A stretch of 64,000 bases of DNA from Candidatus Eiseniibacteriota bacterium. Its GTDB lineage: Bacteria; Eisenbacteria; RBG-16-71-46. The stretch's first letter is position 1; every line of letters starts with the position of its first letter. The notes under the pieces are model-generated. The model searched no databases. It was not told the origin of the DNA and was given only the letters and a program-made list of their open reading frames with translations. The DNA lies in NCBI GenBank assembly GCA_963744995.1, contig CAVUWA010000010.1, positions 448,001 to 512,000 on the forward strand, written 5' to 3'. Below, one piece after another: positions 28,837-38,374 of this stretch. The position numbers and the translations under genes are program-made.

Positions 28837-30249
28837 TCATCTGCCGGTCCGCGCGGTGCGCGCCCAGTCGAGCGACCACACCATGCGCGGCGGGCCCGCG
28901 CGGGTGTGCGTGAGCTGCAGCGACAGCGTGAGCCGCCCGCCGCCCGCGGGAAAGCGCACCTCGAGCTGCGTGCGCGTGCCGCGGCCGGTGAGCGCGCGCA
29001 GCACGAGCCGGTCGCTGTAGGCCTCGCGCAGGTAGAGGTTCTCGCCGAACGCGACGCGGAACGCGGTGTGGGCGGCGCGCACGCGGACGCCGCCCGGCGC
29101 GAGCACCTCGGCGCGCACCCCGCTCACGCGCCTGACCGCGCGGCGGAAGCGCTGCGCGCCCCACACCTCCTCGCGGAACGACACCGTGAGCGCCGGCCCG
29201 CGCGCGGTCCATTCGCCCCATGCGCCCTGGCGCATCCCGCGCGCGGCGCGGAACGAGCCGCTCGCCCGGCGCGGGCCGTGCTGCTCTTCGAGGCCGAGTA
29301 CGACGTGCCCGGAAGGCAGGTCGGCGCCCGTCTGCAGCGCGGCGCGCGCACCTGCGAGCCCGGGACGGAATCGCCACCACGAAGCGATCGCCTGCGTGGC
29401 GAGCGCCGCGCGTGCCGGCAGGAAGCGCAGCGTGACCGCCTGCGCGGGGCCGCTGCGGCGGGGCTCGGCGAGCGATCGGAAGCCGGCGGCGCCGGCGCGC
29501 GCGTGCGCCTCGAGCTTCCCGCCGGCCGTCTCGCGCACGCGCAGCGCATCCACGCGAAAGCGGCCGCGCTCGTCCATGGCGAACTCGATCTCGTCGGCGC
29601 CGCCCGCGAAGCCGAGCGACGACTGCGCGTGACGGCGACCGTCGGTGATGCCGCCGGCCTTCCACGGACCGCTGAAGAGGCGCGCGCCGCCCAGCCGCCG
29701 GCGCTCGAACGTGCCGGCCAGCGTCTCGACGCCCGCGCGCTCGCCGCGCCGGAACGAGATACCGTCGCCCGCGCGCCCCGTCCCCGCGCCGCGGTCGTCG
29801 GCGCGCACGTCCCACGGCTCGGCCGGCGCGCCGAGCACGATGCCGCGGCCCCAGCGCGGCGCGAGCCGCCCGGCGTGAAGCGTGCCGCGCGCGATGCGGC
29901 CCTCGATCGCGCCGCCCGCGAGCGGGTCGCCCTTGCCCTCGCGCACGTCGGCGTGGAGCCCTTCACCGCGGAAGCGGATGCGCCGCGTGCGCCGGGGCGC
30001 GATGCCGGGACGGCCGCTCGCGCCGACGCCGACCTCGATCGTGTCGTCGGCGAGCGAGTCGTCGAGCGCGATCGCGTAGTCCTCGCCCGCGGCGGCCTCG
30101 GGCGGCGGCTCTGCCGCGGCATCGTCCGCGGGCTTCGCGGCGGCCTCGTCGCCGGGCGCGGCCCGGGCGCCGGGCACCGCAGGGAGGGCGAGCCCGAGGG
30201 CGAGCGTTAGCGCCGCGGCGAGCGCGCGCCGGCTCGGGCCGCCCCTCAC
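28837..30249 (-). CDS. Exported hypothetical protein, possible outer-membrane beta-barrel
   Basis: GTGA-coupled start; signal peptide; AGRL...WGRGIVL and Y..E motifs; alternating hydrophobic strands ending WSLDW. Confidence 0.55.
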   Translation of the reverse strand: MRGGPSRRALAAALTLALGLALPAVPGARAAPGDEAAAKPADDAAAEPPPEAAAGEDYAIALDDSLADDTIEVGVGASGRPGIAPRRTRRIRFRGEGLHADVREGKGDPLAGGAIEGRIARGTLHAGRLAPRWGRGIVLGAPAEPWDVRADDRGAGTGRAGDGISFRRGERAGVETLAGTFERRRLGGARLFSGPWKAGGITDGRRHAQSSLGFAGGADEIEFAMDERGRFRVDALRVRETAGGKLEAHARAGAAGFRSLAEPRRSGPAQAVTLRFLPARAALATQAIASWWRFRPGLAGARAALQTGADLPSGHVVLGLEEQHGPRRASGSFRAARGMRQGAWGEWTARGPALTVSFREEVWGAQRFRRAVRRVSGVRAEVLAPGGVRVRAAHTAFRVAFGENLYLREAYSDRLVLRALTGRGTRTQLEVRFPAGGGRLTLSLQLTHTRAGPPRMVWSLDWARTARTGR

Positions 30250-31145
30250 GGCACCGCCCTCGCGCGCGGCGCGCGGCCGATCGCCAGTGCGACCGTCACC
30301 GTCTCGCCGAGCAGCGGATGCGACTCGACCCGTGCGCATGCGGTCACGAACGCCGCACGGGCGCGCACACCGAGCGCGGCGCGCAGCGGCGCGTCGAGCC
30401 CTTCGGCGCGGACCTCGAACGGGCCCTCGACGAGCGCCACGCCGCCGCGATGGGTGACCGCGGCCGCCGCGTCGGGCCGGGTTTCGTGCTCGAACCATGC
30501 GTAGAGCCCGTCGCCCTCGGCGCGCACGCCGACCGCCAGCCCGCGCTCGAGCGGCGGCGCCGCGCCGTCGCTCCAGAGCTGCGGCGCCGAAGCCCACGCC
30601 ACGACCCGCGGCGCAGCCCGCACCCAGAGGCCCATGCCGCACTCGTAGCCCCACCACGGCAGGCCCGCGCGCGGCGTGCGGTCGCGCCGCGCGATGCCCG
30701 AAACCCCTGCCCCCCAGCGACTTGAAGCCACGCCCAGCGCCGCGCCCCAGGCGCTCCAGCCGATTTCGGCATCGCCCGTCTGCGAGAACCCCGCCGCGGC
30801 GCGCAACGAATGCCACCCGCCACCCGCCGCGATCGCCTGCGTGGAGATCTCGGGCAAGCCGAAGCGCGAGAGCCCGAGTGCCTCGGCGGATGCAAAGCCG
30901 TCCGCGGGCGGCCGCGCGCCGGCGATGAACGCGGCCGGCCCGCTCGCGGCCCCGGCCTCGCCACCGCGTTCGAAGTCCTGGGCATGGGCGGGCGATGCGG
31001 CGAGCGCGATCCGGCACAGGCAGGCGAGGACGACGACGCTCGCGCGAAGCGGCGCGCCGGCGCGGTCCCGAAGCCGGGGCCGTCCGGGGCGCGCGTCGCG
31101 GCAGGCCGCCGCGCCCTCGTCATCCGCCCGCACGCGCGCGCTCAC
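30246..31145 (-). CDS. Exported hypothetical protein, possible small beta-barrel
   Basis: GTGA-coupled; signal peptide ending AHA; FGL.E motif and terminal HPLLG.T..VAL strand. Confidence 0.55.
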   Translation of the reverse strand: MSARVRADDEGAAACRDARPGRPRLRDRAGAPLRASVVVLACLCRIALAASPAHAQDFERGGEAGAASGPAAFIAGARPPADGFASAEALGLSRFGLPEISTQAIAAGGGWHSLRAAAGFSQTGDAEIGWSAWGAALGVASSRWGAGVSGIARRDRTPRAGLPWWGYECGMGLWVRAAPRVVAWASAPQLWSDGAAPPLERGLAVGVRAEGDGLYAWFEHETRPDAAAAVTHRGGVALVEGPFEVRAEGLDAPLRAALGVRARAAFVTACARVESHPLLGETVTVALAIGRAPRARAVP

Positions 31146-32863
31146 GGCGCCTCCCGGTCGATGCGCAGCGGCTGAGTCGCCACCAGCGGCGCGCCCGGTC
31201 CATCGGGCCGCACCTCGAATGCGACCACGTAGACGCCGGCGCGAAGCGACGCCGCGCTGAACGCGCGCTCGCCGCGTGCGGGAATCGGCATCTCGATGAA
31301 CGGCCGCGCCACGCGCCGCCCGGTCATGTCGTAGACCGACAGCGTCGCGAATCCGGCGGGCCAGGGCAGGTCCCAGATGATGCGCGCCGGCACTGCGGCG
31401 CTGGCGAGCCGGCGCGCGCCGAGCGCGAACGAGCCCGAGATCGGCGCGGGCAGCACCGGCGGCGTGAGCGGCGTGCCGGCGGGCGCGAGCGACGGCCACC
31501 ACGCGCCGCCGCGCAGCTCCACCGGCGTGCCGCCTGGAACACCGGAGGCCGAATACGCAAACGCGTCACTGAGCGTGCCGTCGGGCTCGACGATCCGCAC
31601 TTCGTCGGCCGTGCCGGTGGGATCGTTGCTGTTGTTGAGCGCGGGCCAGGGCGCGACCTCCCACACCCGTCCTGCGTCGAGCGCCGGGAAGTGCGCGATG
31701 AGGTCGGCACGATGCTGCGCGAACAGCACCAGGCTGTCCGCGGCGACCTCGCCCGCGCCGTCGCGCGGTGCGCCCGTGGTGCCGCTGCGGTCGGCGAGGC
31801 GGAATGGAGCCGGATCGAGCGGCGCGCCGCTCGCGTTCCGCGCCTCCACCCATTCGCCCTCGCCCGAAGCCGGGTGGAACTGGATCTCGGTGAGCACGAG
31901 CGGCCCCGGTCCCACACGCACGCGCAGGCTGTCGGCGTCATTGCCCGGTGCGTCGTCGCGCGTGACCTCGGCGCGCACGCGAATCAGGTGCTTGCCGGTC
32001 GGCAGCGGGCCGATTTCGAGCGAGGCCTCGAGCGTCTCGCCCGGACCGAGCGCGCCGAGCCTGACCGACGCCGCCGGTCCCGCGCCGCTCGCCGTCATGG
32101 TCACCGAGTCCGCGGCAAGCGCCTCGCGGCCGCCGTTGCTGACCCGTGCCGTGAGGCGCGCGAATCCATCCGGCGCCGGGCGCGCCGGATCGAGCGCCAG
32201 CGAGCCGGGCTCCACCCGCACGTCGCGCGCGGGCTGGTTCGCACGCCCGGGCGAGGGCGGCGCCGCGCGGAAGTCCACGGCGTTGACGCCGGTGTTCGAG
32301 TCGTCCGGAACCCGCGCCAGCGACATCCCCGAAGCGACGTCCTCCGCCGGCTCGCCGCAGAAGTACTCGTCGAACTCGAGATCGCCGAAGCCGAGCGTCT
32401 CGACCGCGCCGTCCGGCCACACCAGCCGGATCGCGTCGGGCCCGTTCTGGATCGCGAGCGTGACCTGCACATCGGGCGGCGGCACGAGCGCCGCGCCGCC
32501 GATCACGAAGCGGCCGCCGGCGCGGATCGTGTCGCCCGCGGCGCCCATCCAGCGCAGCGTCCAGCGGTCCGGTCCCGCGCCGTCCCCGGCCTCGAGCCGC
32601 AGTCCTTCGAGCGCGACGTCCACGCCCCGCGGGTTCACCAGCTCGACGAATTCGTACCCGGTGTCGCCGCCGGCGGCGTCGTAGAGCACTTCGGCGATCA
32701 TCGGCCGCGCCGCGGGCGGGCACGGCGCAGCGAGCAGGGCGGCGAGCGCCCACGCGAGCGGAAGCACGGAAAGCGTCCTCGCGGGGGCGGGAACGGCTGC
32801 GGGTCGGACGTCAGCACCGGCGACGGCGCGTCTACGGCGACGACGGCCGGCGCCCCGGTTCAC
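31142..32863 (-). CDS. Secreted protein: two LTD domains, CARDB-like Ig domain, FlgD/T9SS-like C-terminal domain
   Basis: IAEVLYD...EFVELVN; V.N.G...D....ND; LTEIQFHP...EWVE; LSVYDMTGRRVA...AGVYVV. Confidence 0.8.
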   Translation of the reverse strand: MNRGAGRRRRRRAVAGADVRPAAVPAPARTLSVLPLAWALAALLAAPCPPAARPMIAEVLYDAAGGDTGYEFVELVNPRGVDVALEGLRLEAGDGAGPDRWTLRWMGAAGDTIRAGGRFVIGGAALVPPPDVQVTLAIQNGPDAIRLVWPDGAVETLGFGDLEFDEYFCGEPAEDVASGMSLARVPDDSNTGVNAVDFRAAPPSPGRANQPARDVRVEPGSLALDPARPAPDGFARLTARVSNGGREALAADSVTMTASGAGPAASVRLGALGPGETLEASLEIGPLPTGKHLIRVRAEVTRDDAPGNDADSLRVRVGPGPLVLTEIQFHPASGEGEWVEARNASGAPLDPAPFRLADRSGTTGAPRDGAGEVAADSLVLFAQHRADLIAHFPALDAGRVWEVAPWPALNNSNDPTGTADEVRIVEPDGTLSDAFAYSASGVPGGTPVELRGGAWWPSLAPAGTPLTPPVLPAPISGSFALGARRLASAAVPARIIWDLPWPAGFATLSVYDMTGRRVARPFIEMPIPARGERAFSAASLRAGVYVVAFEVRPDGPGAPLVATQPLRIDREAP

Positions 32864-33007
32864 ACCCCGTACGATTCTCCCGGCCGGCTGCGGGCGCGTC
32901 CGCGCCGCGACTTGCAGCGCGCGTGCGCCCGGTCGCCGCGCGAATCGCGCCGACGCACGGATGATCCTGCAGGAATCGCGCCGCGCGACCCCGGGCGGGT
33001 CGCGGCG

Positions 33008-35149
33008 CTACGGCAGGCCGCGTCGCCTGCGGCTCGCCCACTCGAGCGCGAGCAGGCCGACGATCAGCGCGAAGATCCACGGCGACTCCCAGAGTCGCGT
33101 GGACACCGTGCGCTGCTCGGCCAGCCGCCCGGTGGCGACGCGGCGCGCCCAGTCGGCGGCGCGTGCGACGGGCACGGCGTCGCCGCCCGCGGCCGCGGCC
33201 ATGGCGGCCAGCGTCGCGCTGTCGGCCCGGGTGCGGGCGACCTCGAGGCTCCAGCGATCGACGGCGAACGCCGCGCTCGCGCGTCCGGCGTCGCGGCCGC
33301 CGGCGGTAGCACGCGCCTCGACGCTGTAGCGGCCGGGCGCGAGGCCGTGCAGCTCGGCGACGTAGCTGCCCGCGGCGCGCGGCTGGAACGTCACGCGCCG
33401 CACCGCACCGGCGGGGCCCTTGAGCTCGCCGGTCACCTCGGCCCCGGCGACCGGCCGGAACTGCGCATCCTGAAGCGTGGCGAACAGCCGCGCGGTCTCG
33501 CCGCCCGCGGTCAGCCAGCGCTCGGGCCGCACGCGCAGCGGCTCCGCCTGCACCGGCTCGGCGAGCCAGCGCACGAACGTCCGCCACAGCCGCTGGCCGC
33601 GCTCGGCGCCCCGCTCGTCGTTGGGCGCGAGCGACCAGCGCCAGAGCCCGGTGCCGTTCACGATCATCGCCTGGCCGCGGCCCACGTGGCGCACCATCAC
33701 CAGCGGCGGGCCGCCGCCCAGCGCGCCGATCAGCACGCGGTCGCCCGCCGAGGGCTCGAGCGGCACCACGTCGCCGAGCGGCGCCGCGTCGCGCCACGCG
33801 CGCTCGCCGCGCGCGGCGTCGGTATCCCACGCGGTCAGCTCGCGCCCCGCCGGAGCGGGCTGCGGCGCGGCGTTCTTCACGATCGAGCGCGGATCGAGCT
33901 GGAAGCGCAGATCGGCGCCGAGCGCGCCCGCACGGTAGCGCGACACGCCGGGCAGCGGGCCGCCGAGCAGCATCACGCCGCCGCCCGCCCGGACGAAGCG
34001 CGCAAGCGCGGCGTCGAACGCCGGGTCGATCTGAAGCGGCGCGATCCCATCGAGGATCACCACCGATTGCCGCGCCACGTCGGCGGCGGTGGGCGCCCCG
34101 CGGGCGCGCCTGCCGTCGAGCGCCCGCCAGCCGCCCTCTTCACGGTGCCAGGTGACGACCTTGAGCCCCGAATCCGCGGCAAGCGCGCGGCGGATGAAGG
34201 CGACGTCCCAGTTGAGGCCGCCCGAGACGATCATCACGCCGAGCCGCCCGGGCGCGACCTCCATCGCCACCTCGCGCGCGTTGTTGCGGGTGGTGAGCTC
34301 GCCGGGCAGCGAATCGAGGACCGCGCTCCACACGGCGAGCCCCGGACGCGCCGGCGTCACCCGCAGCTCGGCAGTGGCCTCGGCGCCGCCGCCCGGGGCG
34401 GGCACGGTCGCGTGCGCGACCTCGCGCCCGCCGTCCATGAGCCGCACGCCGAGCGGGGTGCCGGCAGGCTCGCTCGAGGTGATGCGCACGCGCACCGGCG
34501 TCGCTTCGCCGACGCGCGCGGTCGGCGAGGCGTCGATGCCGGCGACGGCACGGTCCGCACCCCCCGCGCCCCCGACGATCAGCGCGTGCACCGGCATGCC
34601 GAGCGCGCGCGCCGCGCGCACCGGATCGGCGCCGGCGTTCACCACGCCGTCGCTCACCACCACGACGCCGCTCGCTTCGCGCCCGGCCTCGGTGCCGGCG
34701 AGCGCGCCCAGTGCATCGCCGAGCGCGGTGGCATCGTGCCCGGCCCCCGAGCTGTCGGCATCGAGCCCGCTCGAGAACGGCACGGCCTCGACACTCGCCC
34801 GGCCGCGCAGCCCCGCGCGCAGCGCTTCCACGGCGCGCTCGGCGGCCGCGGCGCGGGTGCCGGCGCCCGGGGCTTCGGGCAGGTCCATGCTGGTCGAGCG
34901 GTCGACCAGCGCGACGATCCGCGTCCGCCCGCCGCCGGCGGCGCGCACCCAGACCGGCTGCGCCAGCAGCCAGACGAGCAGCAGCAGCGACACGATGCGC
35001 GCCGCCGACAGCGCGCGCCTGACCCAAGCGGCAACCGGGGGGGCGACGAATGCGTAGGCCCAGGCACCGAGGAAGAGCACGCCGGCGCTCAGGAGCGCCA
35101 GCCACCACCAGGGCGCGTTGGGGGCGAGGTGAAGCGCGAAGTCGGTCAC
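33008..35149 (-). CDS. Membrane-anchored vWA + glutamine-amidotransferase-like domain protein
   Basis: N-terminal TMs (LR...L.LL...LAQP); LVDRSTSM, VVVSDG..NAG; FVRAGGGV; C-terminal TM L.LEW..RRRRGLP. Confidence 0.8.
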   Translation of the reverse strand: MTDFALHLAPNAPWWWLALLSAGVLFLGAWAYAFVAPPVAAWVRRALSAARIVSLLLLVWLLAQPVWVRAAGGGRTRIVALVDRSTSMDLPEAPGAGTRAAAAERAVEALRAGLRGRASVEAVPFSSGLDADSSGAGHDATALGDALGALAGTEAGREASGVVVVSDGVVNAGADPVRAARALGMPVHALIVGGAGGADRAVAGIDASPTARVGEATPVRVRITSSEPAGTPLGVRLMDGGREVAHATVPAPGGGAEATAELRVTPARPGLAVWSAVLDSLPGELTTRNNAREVAMEVAPGRLGVMIVSGGLNWDVAFIRRALAADSGLKVVTWHREEGGWRALDGRRARGAPTAADVARQSVVILDGIAPLQIDPAFDAALARFVRAGGGVMLLGGPLPGVSRYRAGALGADLRFQLDPRSIVKNAAPQPAPAGRELTAWDTDAARGERAWRDAAPLGDVVPLEPSAGDRVLIGALGGGPPLVMVRHVGRGQAMIVNGTGLWRWSLAPNDERGAERGQRLWRTFVRWLAEPVQAEPLRVRPERWLTAGGETARLFATLQDAQFRPVAGAEVTGELKGPAGAVRRVTFQPRAAGSYVAELHGLAPGRYSVEARATAGGRDAGRASAAFAVDRWSLEVARTRADSATLAAMAAAAGGDAVPVARAADWARRVATGRLAEQRTVSTRLWESPWIFALIVGLLALEWASRRRRGLP

Positions 35150-35364
35150 GGGAGGGTCGGTGGACCCACGCGAAAGTGCGGGGTCCGTGGAGGTTATCCG
35201 GGCGGCTCTCGATGCCGCAACACGAAACGGGTCAATCCGTTGTCAACCTTTCCCGTGCGGCGATGATCTGACTTTTCCGGGCGCGCGATTGCAGGCAGGC
35301 TGCGTGCAGCCGAAGGGACGGTCCCGTCCCCTCACGACGATCGTTCGACCGGGCGGAGCGACAC

Positions 35365-36015
35365 ATGATCGACAGGCGCAACGGAGTCCGCGAGAGGATC
35401 CTCGAGACGACCAACCGGCTGCTCGCCCGCTATGGCTACAAACGCATGACCATGGCCGAGCTCGCGCGCGAGTCGGGGGTCGGCAAGGGCACGCTGTACC
35501 TCTACTTCAGCAGCAAGCAGGAGGTCGCGCTGTCCTCGATCGATCGACTGGTCGAGCAGCTCGCCGACCGCCTGCGCGAGATCGCCGCGGAGTCGCGCCC
35601 GGTCACCGCACGGCTCGAAGCCATGCTGCTCGCCCGCGTGATGTTCCGCTTCGACCGCCTGCATCAGGACTCGCAGAGCCTCGATGAGCTGTTCGCCGCC
35701 GTGCGCCCCGCATTTCTCGGCCGGCGCCAGCGCTATTTCAATCTCGAAGCGGAGATCTTCGCGCGCGTCCTCAGCGAGGGCCGCGCCCACGGGCTGCTGG
35801 TGGTGGACGATCCGCTCGAAACCGCGCGCACGCTGCTGCTGGCGACGAACGCGCTGCTGCCCTACAGCTTGAGCCCGCGCGAGCTCGGCCATCGCGAGTC
35901 CATTCGCGCCGATGCCAGCCGGGTCGCCGGTCTGATGATCCGCGGCCTCACCCGCCCCGCGGAGCCCGCGCGCGGGCGTGCGGCGGCGGCCGAAGGCAGG
36001 GGCCCGCTCCGCTAG
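35365..36015 (+). CDS. TetR/AcrR family transcriptional regulator
   Basis: RERILE.....L...GY...TM.ELA.ESGVGKGTLYLYFSSK. Confidence 0.92.
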   Translation: MIDRRNGVRERILETTNRLLARYGYKRMTMAELARESGVGKGTLYLYFSSKQEVALSSIDRLVEQLADRLREIAAESRPVTARLEAMLLARVMFRFDRLHQDSQSLDELFAAVRPAFLGRRQRYFNLEAEIFARVLSEGRAHGLLVVDDPLETARTLLLATNALLPYSLSPRELGHRESIRADASRVAGLMIRGLTRPAEPARGRAAAAEGRGPLR

Positions 36016-36042
36016 AGACGGCGCCGGGGCGCGCCGCGGCGC

Positions 36043-36573
36043 TCAGGACACCGGTCGCGTCTGGTCGGCGATGCGCAGGCCCTCGAGGATCAGCCGATCG
36101 AGGTCGAGGTCGAGCTGCACGTCCTCGCCCTCCGCACGCTCGCCGGGCTGGAAGCGAAAGCGCCCACGCCGCCAGAGCAGCAGTCCGTAGACGATCCGCC
36201 TGAGCACTTCGCGCACCGCATCCTGCACCTCGCCGACGGTGACCTTGCCCAGCGAGACCAGCACCAGCCCGAGCCGCCAGCCCTCCTGACCGTGCTCGCT
36301 GGAGGCCGCGCGCTGCTCCTCGAGCGCCATCTCGAGGTCCTCCTGCGTGATCGCCCCGTGGTGGACGAGCACCTGCCCGACCCGCACCGAGCCGCCGTCG
36401 GTGCGCGCGAACACGGGGCGGCCGCGCTCGAAGAACAGGACGGCGCGCTCGCGCTCGCGCTCCAGCAGCAGCACGCCGGTCGCCTGCGACAACTGCATCA
36501 GCTGCAGCAGCTCGGGGGGATGGAAGTGTTCGAGGTCCCCCTCGAGCGCCGGGCCGGTCAACTCGCGTCCCAT
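36043..36573 (-). CDS. DUF4388 domain protein
   Basis: LEGDL..F...ELLQL......TG.L, F..G....A, LG.VLV..G, W..G.F.F, LILEGLRI.D. Confidence 0.82.
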   Translation of the reverse strand: MGRELTGPALEGDLEHFHPPELLQLMQLSQATGVLLLERERERAVLFFERGRPVFARTDGGSVRVGQVLVHHGAITQEDLEMALEEQRAASSEHGQEGWRLGLVLVSLGKVTVGEVQDAVREVLRRIVYGLLLWRRGRFRFQPGERAEGEDVQLDLDLDRLILEGLRIADQTRPVS

Positions 36574-37472
36574 CGCACGTCTCCGACGACGCGGCCCCGG
36601 GCACGCGCTTCGCCGCGCATGACCTTGAGGTTGTACCAGCCCATGACGAGCGCCTGCGCGACGGTCAGGGCGAACAGCACGCCGAGCGCGACCTCGGTGA
36701 GCGGGAGGAGCCGCGCGCCGAGATCTCCGCCCCGCCAGGTGAGCAGCACGATCAGCCCGATCAGCGTCGCCATCACGACGCCCGTGAAGCGGCCGAAGTG
36801 GGTCGGCGCGATCCGCACCGGCCCCACGAACACGTAGAGCGCGGTGCCGCCCACCAGCAGCATGCCGTAGCGCAGCGCGGCGAGCACGAACACCCAGACC
36901 GGCAGCAGCCCGGCCGCCATCAGCCCGCCCGCGAGCGACAGGTTGAACACGATGTCCACGATCGGGTCGAGAATCGTGCCGAGTCTCGTGGTCTGGTTCC
37001 AGCGTCGCGCGCTCCAGCCGTCGAGGACGTCCGAGACGGCCGCGACCAGGAACATCCAGAGGGCGAGGCCGAAACGCTGCTCGACCAGCATCAGCGTGAT
37101 GCCCGGGACGAGCGAGATGCGCAGCAGCGTGAGCACGGTGGGCACGTTGATCGCCGACAGGCGGTGGCCCCGGCGATCGCGCAGCAGGCCGACCGAGAGC
37201 GTCACCAGCGTGAACGTGATGAGGATCCCCAGCACGGTGTGGCCGAAGAAGTCGTAGGCCAGCGCGCGGTCGTGATCGAGCAGCAGCGCGGCCGCGCCCA
37301 GGAACGTGGCGACGATGAAGCCCAGGGCGACGCTCCAGATCGAGCGCACCGCCGAGGGCTGATTCACCATGTCCTCGCGCACGCGCCGCGCGACGTTCAG
37401 CGCATACCGGAACAGCGCCCGCGGGTGGAAACGCGCGGCGCGCAGCTCCAGCAGATACTCTTCGAAGAACAC
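36558..37472 (-). CDS. CDP-alcohol phosphatidyltransferase family protein with extra N-terminal TMs
   Basis: RBS CAGGAGG + GTG; P.VLTLLRI, SDVLDGWSARRWNQTTRLGTILDPIVD. Confidence 0.88.
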   Translation of the reverse strand: MFFEEYLLELRAARFHPRALFRYALNVARRVREDMVNQPSAVRSIWSVALGFIVATFLGAAALLLDHDRALAYDFFGHTVLGILITFTLVTLSVGLLRDRRGHRLSAINVPTVLTLLRISLVPGITLMLVEQRFGLALWMFLVAAVSDVLDGWSARRWNQTTRLGTILDPIVDIVFNLSLAGGLMAAGLLPVWVFVLAALRYGMLLVGGTALYVFVGPVRIAPTHFGRFTGVVMATLIGLIVLLTWRGGDLGARLLPLTEVALGVLFALTVAQALVMGWYNLKVMRGEARARGRVVGDVRWDAS

Positions 37473-37702
37473 TGCGGCCTCCTGAATCGATGGGACGGGC
37501 AGCATAAATCGCACTCGGGCCGCCGCCAAGTTCTCCGGAGGGGCGCATGCCGGGAGACGGCGCCGGCGGCGTCCTGCTTCCTCCGCGGCTCGCCCGCCCG
37601 GCTTCTTGCCCGACCCGTCGGGGCGCGCGGCGGCGGCGACCGCGCACGGCGCCGTCCCCCGGAGCCACGTGCCGGGGGCGATGTGATAGCGTCACGGGCT
37701 CC

Positions 37703-38374
37703 ATGAGCGCCCGTTCCGCTTCCTCACGCCGCCGCCGGCGCACCGTTCCGTCCGCGCCGCCCGCCGGCCGGCGCCTGCTGCCGCTCGCGCTCGCGGCGCT
37801 GGCCGGGTTCGCGATCGGGGCGTGGGCCTGGTGGCACACGCGCCCCGCGGAGGCGCCGGCCGTGCCGAGGACGGCGCCCACGGGTCCCGCCGCCCGCCTC
37901 GGACTCGCCGAGGCCAACGCGGAGGCCGTCCGGCTCGTCGGTGCGGGGCGCGCGCTCGAGAGCCTGCCGTACTTCCGCCGCGAGCTGGCGCTCCTGGCGC
38001 CGGACGTCTGGGCCGCGCACAAGGACTACGCCTCGGCGCTCCACAACGCGGCGGCCGAGAGCGGTGCCGAGGCGCCGGCGACCCGCTCGAGCTTCGAGCG
38101 CATGGCGTTGATCGAAACGTCGCTCGCCGAGCTCGACCACGCAGCGACCTTGACCGATGTCCCGGCCGAGCGCGCGGCGCTGCTCATGGACCGTGCGCAC
38201 ACGCTCTGGTTCTGGGGCCTGCCGTGGGACGCCGAGCAGACGCTCGAGCGCGCGGCGGCGCTGCCGGGCGCCCCCGCGTCGGCGGCACGGCGGGCACGGC
38301 TGATGCGCGCGGTGATCGAACATCCCGCGGCGCCCGGCCGCGCGGGCGCGCTCGCAGCGGGGAGCCGCGGGTGA
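37703..38374 (+). CDS. Membrane-anchored helical (TPR-like) hypothetical protein, paralog 1
   Basis: Basic N-terminus + TM; ESLPYF, ASALHNA, RSSFER, FWGLPWDA. Confidence 0.7.
   Translation: MSARSASSRRRRRTVPSAPPAGRRLLPLALAALAGFAIGAWAWWHTRPAEAPAVPRTAPTGPAARLGLAEANAEAVRLVGAGRALESLPYFRRELALLAPDVWAAHKDYASALHNAAAESGAEAPATRSSFERMALIETSLAELDHAATLTDVPAERAALLMDRAHTLWFWGLPWDAEQTLERAAALPGAPASAARRARLMRAVIEHPAAPGRAGALAAGSRG

Noticed and set aside
30995..35266. 1423-aa plus-strand ORF and other long antisense ORFs (42202-45402, 45272-48007, 58023-60197, 1193-3115, 17068-18888)
   Set aside because: Shadow frames of genuine opposite-strand genes in high-GC DNA; Arg/Ala/Pro-rich with no motifs.
37822..38370. 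N-terminal 183 aa of the 874-aa ORF, and similar long 5' extensions on murI, rdgB, ruvX, GT2, DUF4388 and the LTD gene
   Set aside because: They overlap real upstream genes; coupled starts or RBS-supported starts lie downstream.
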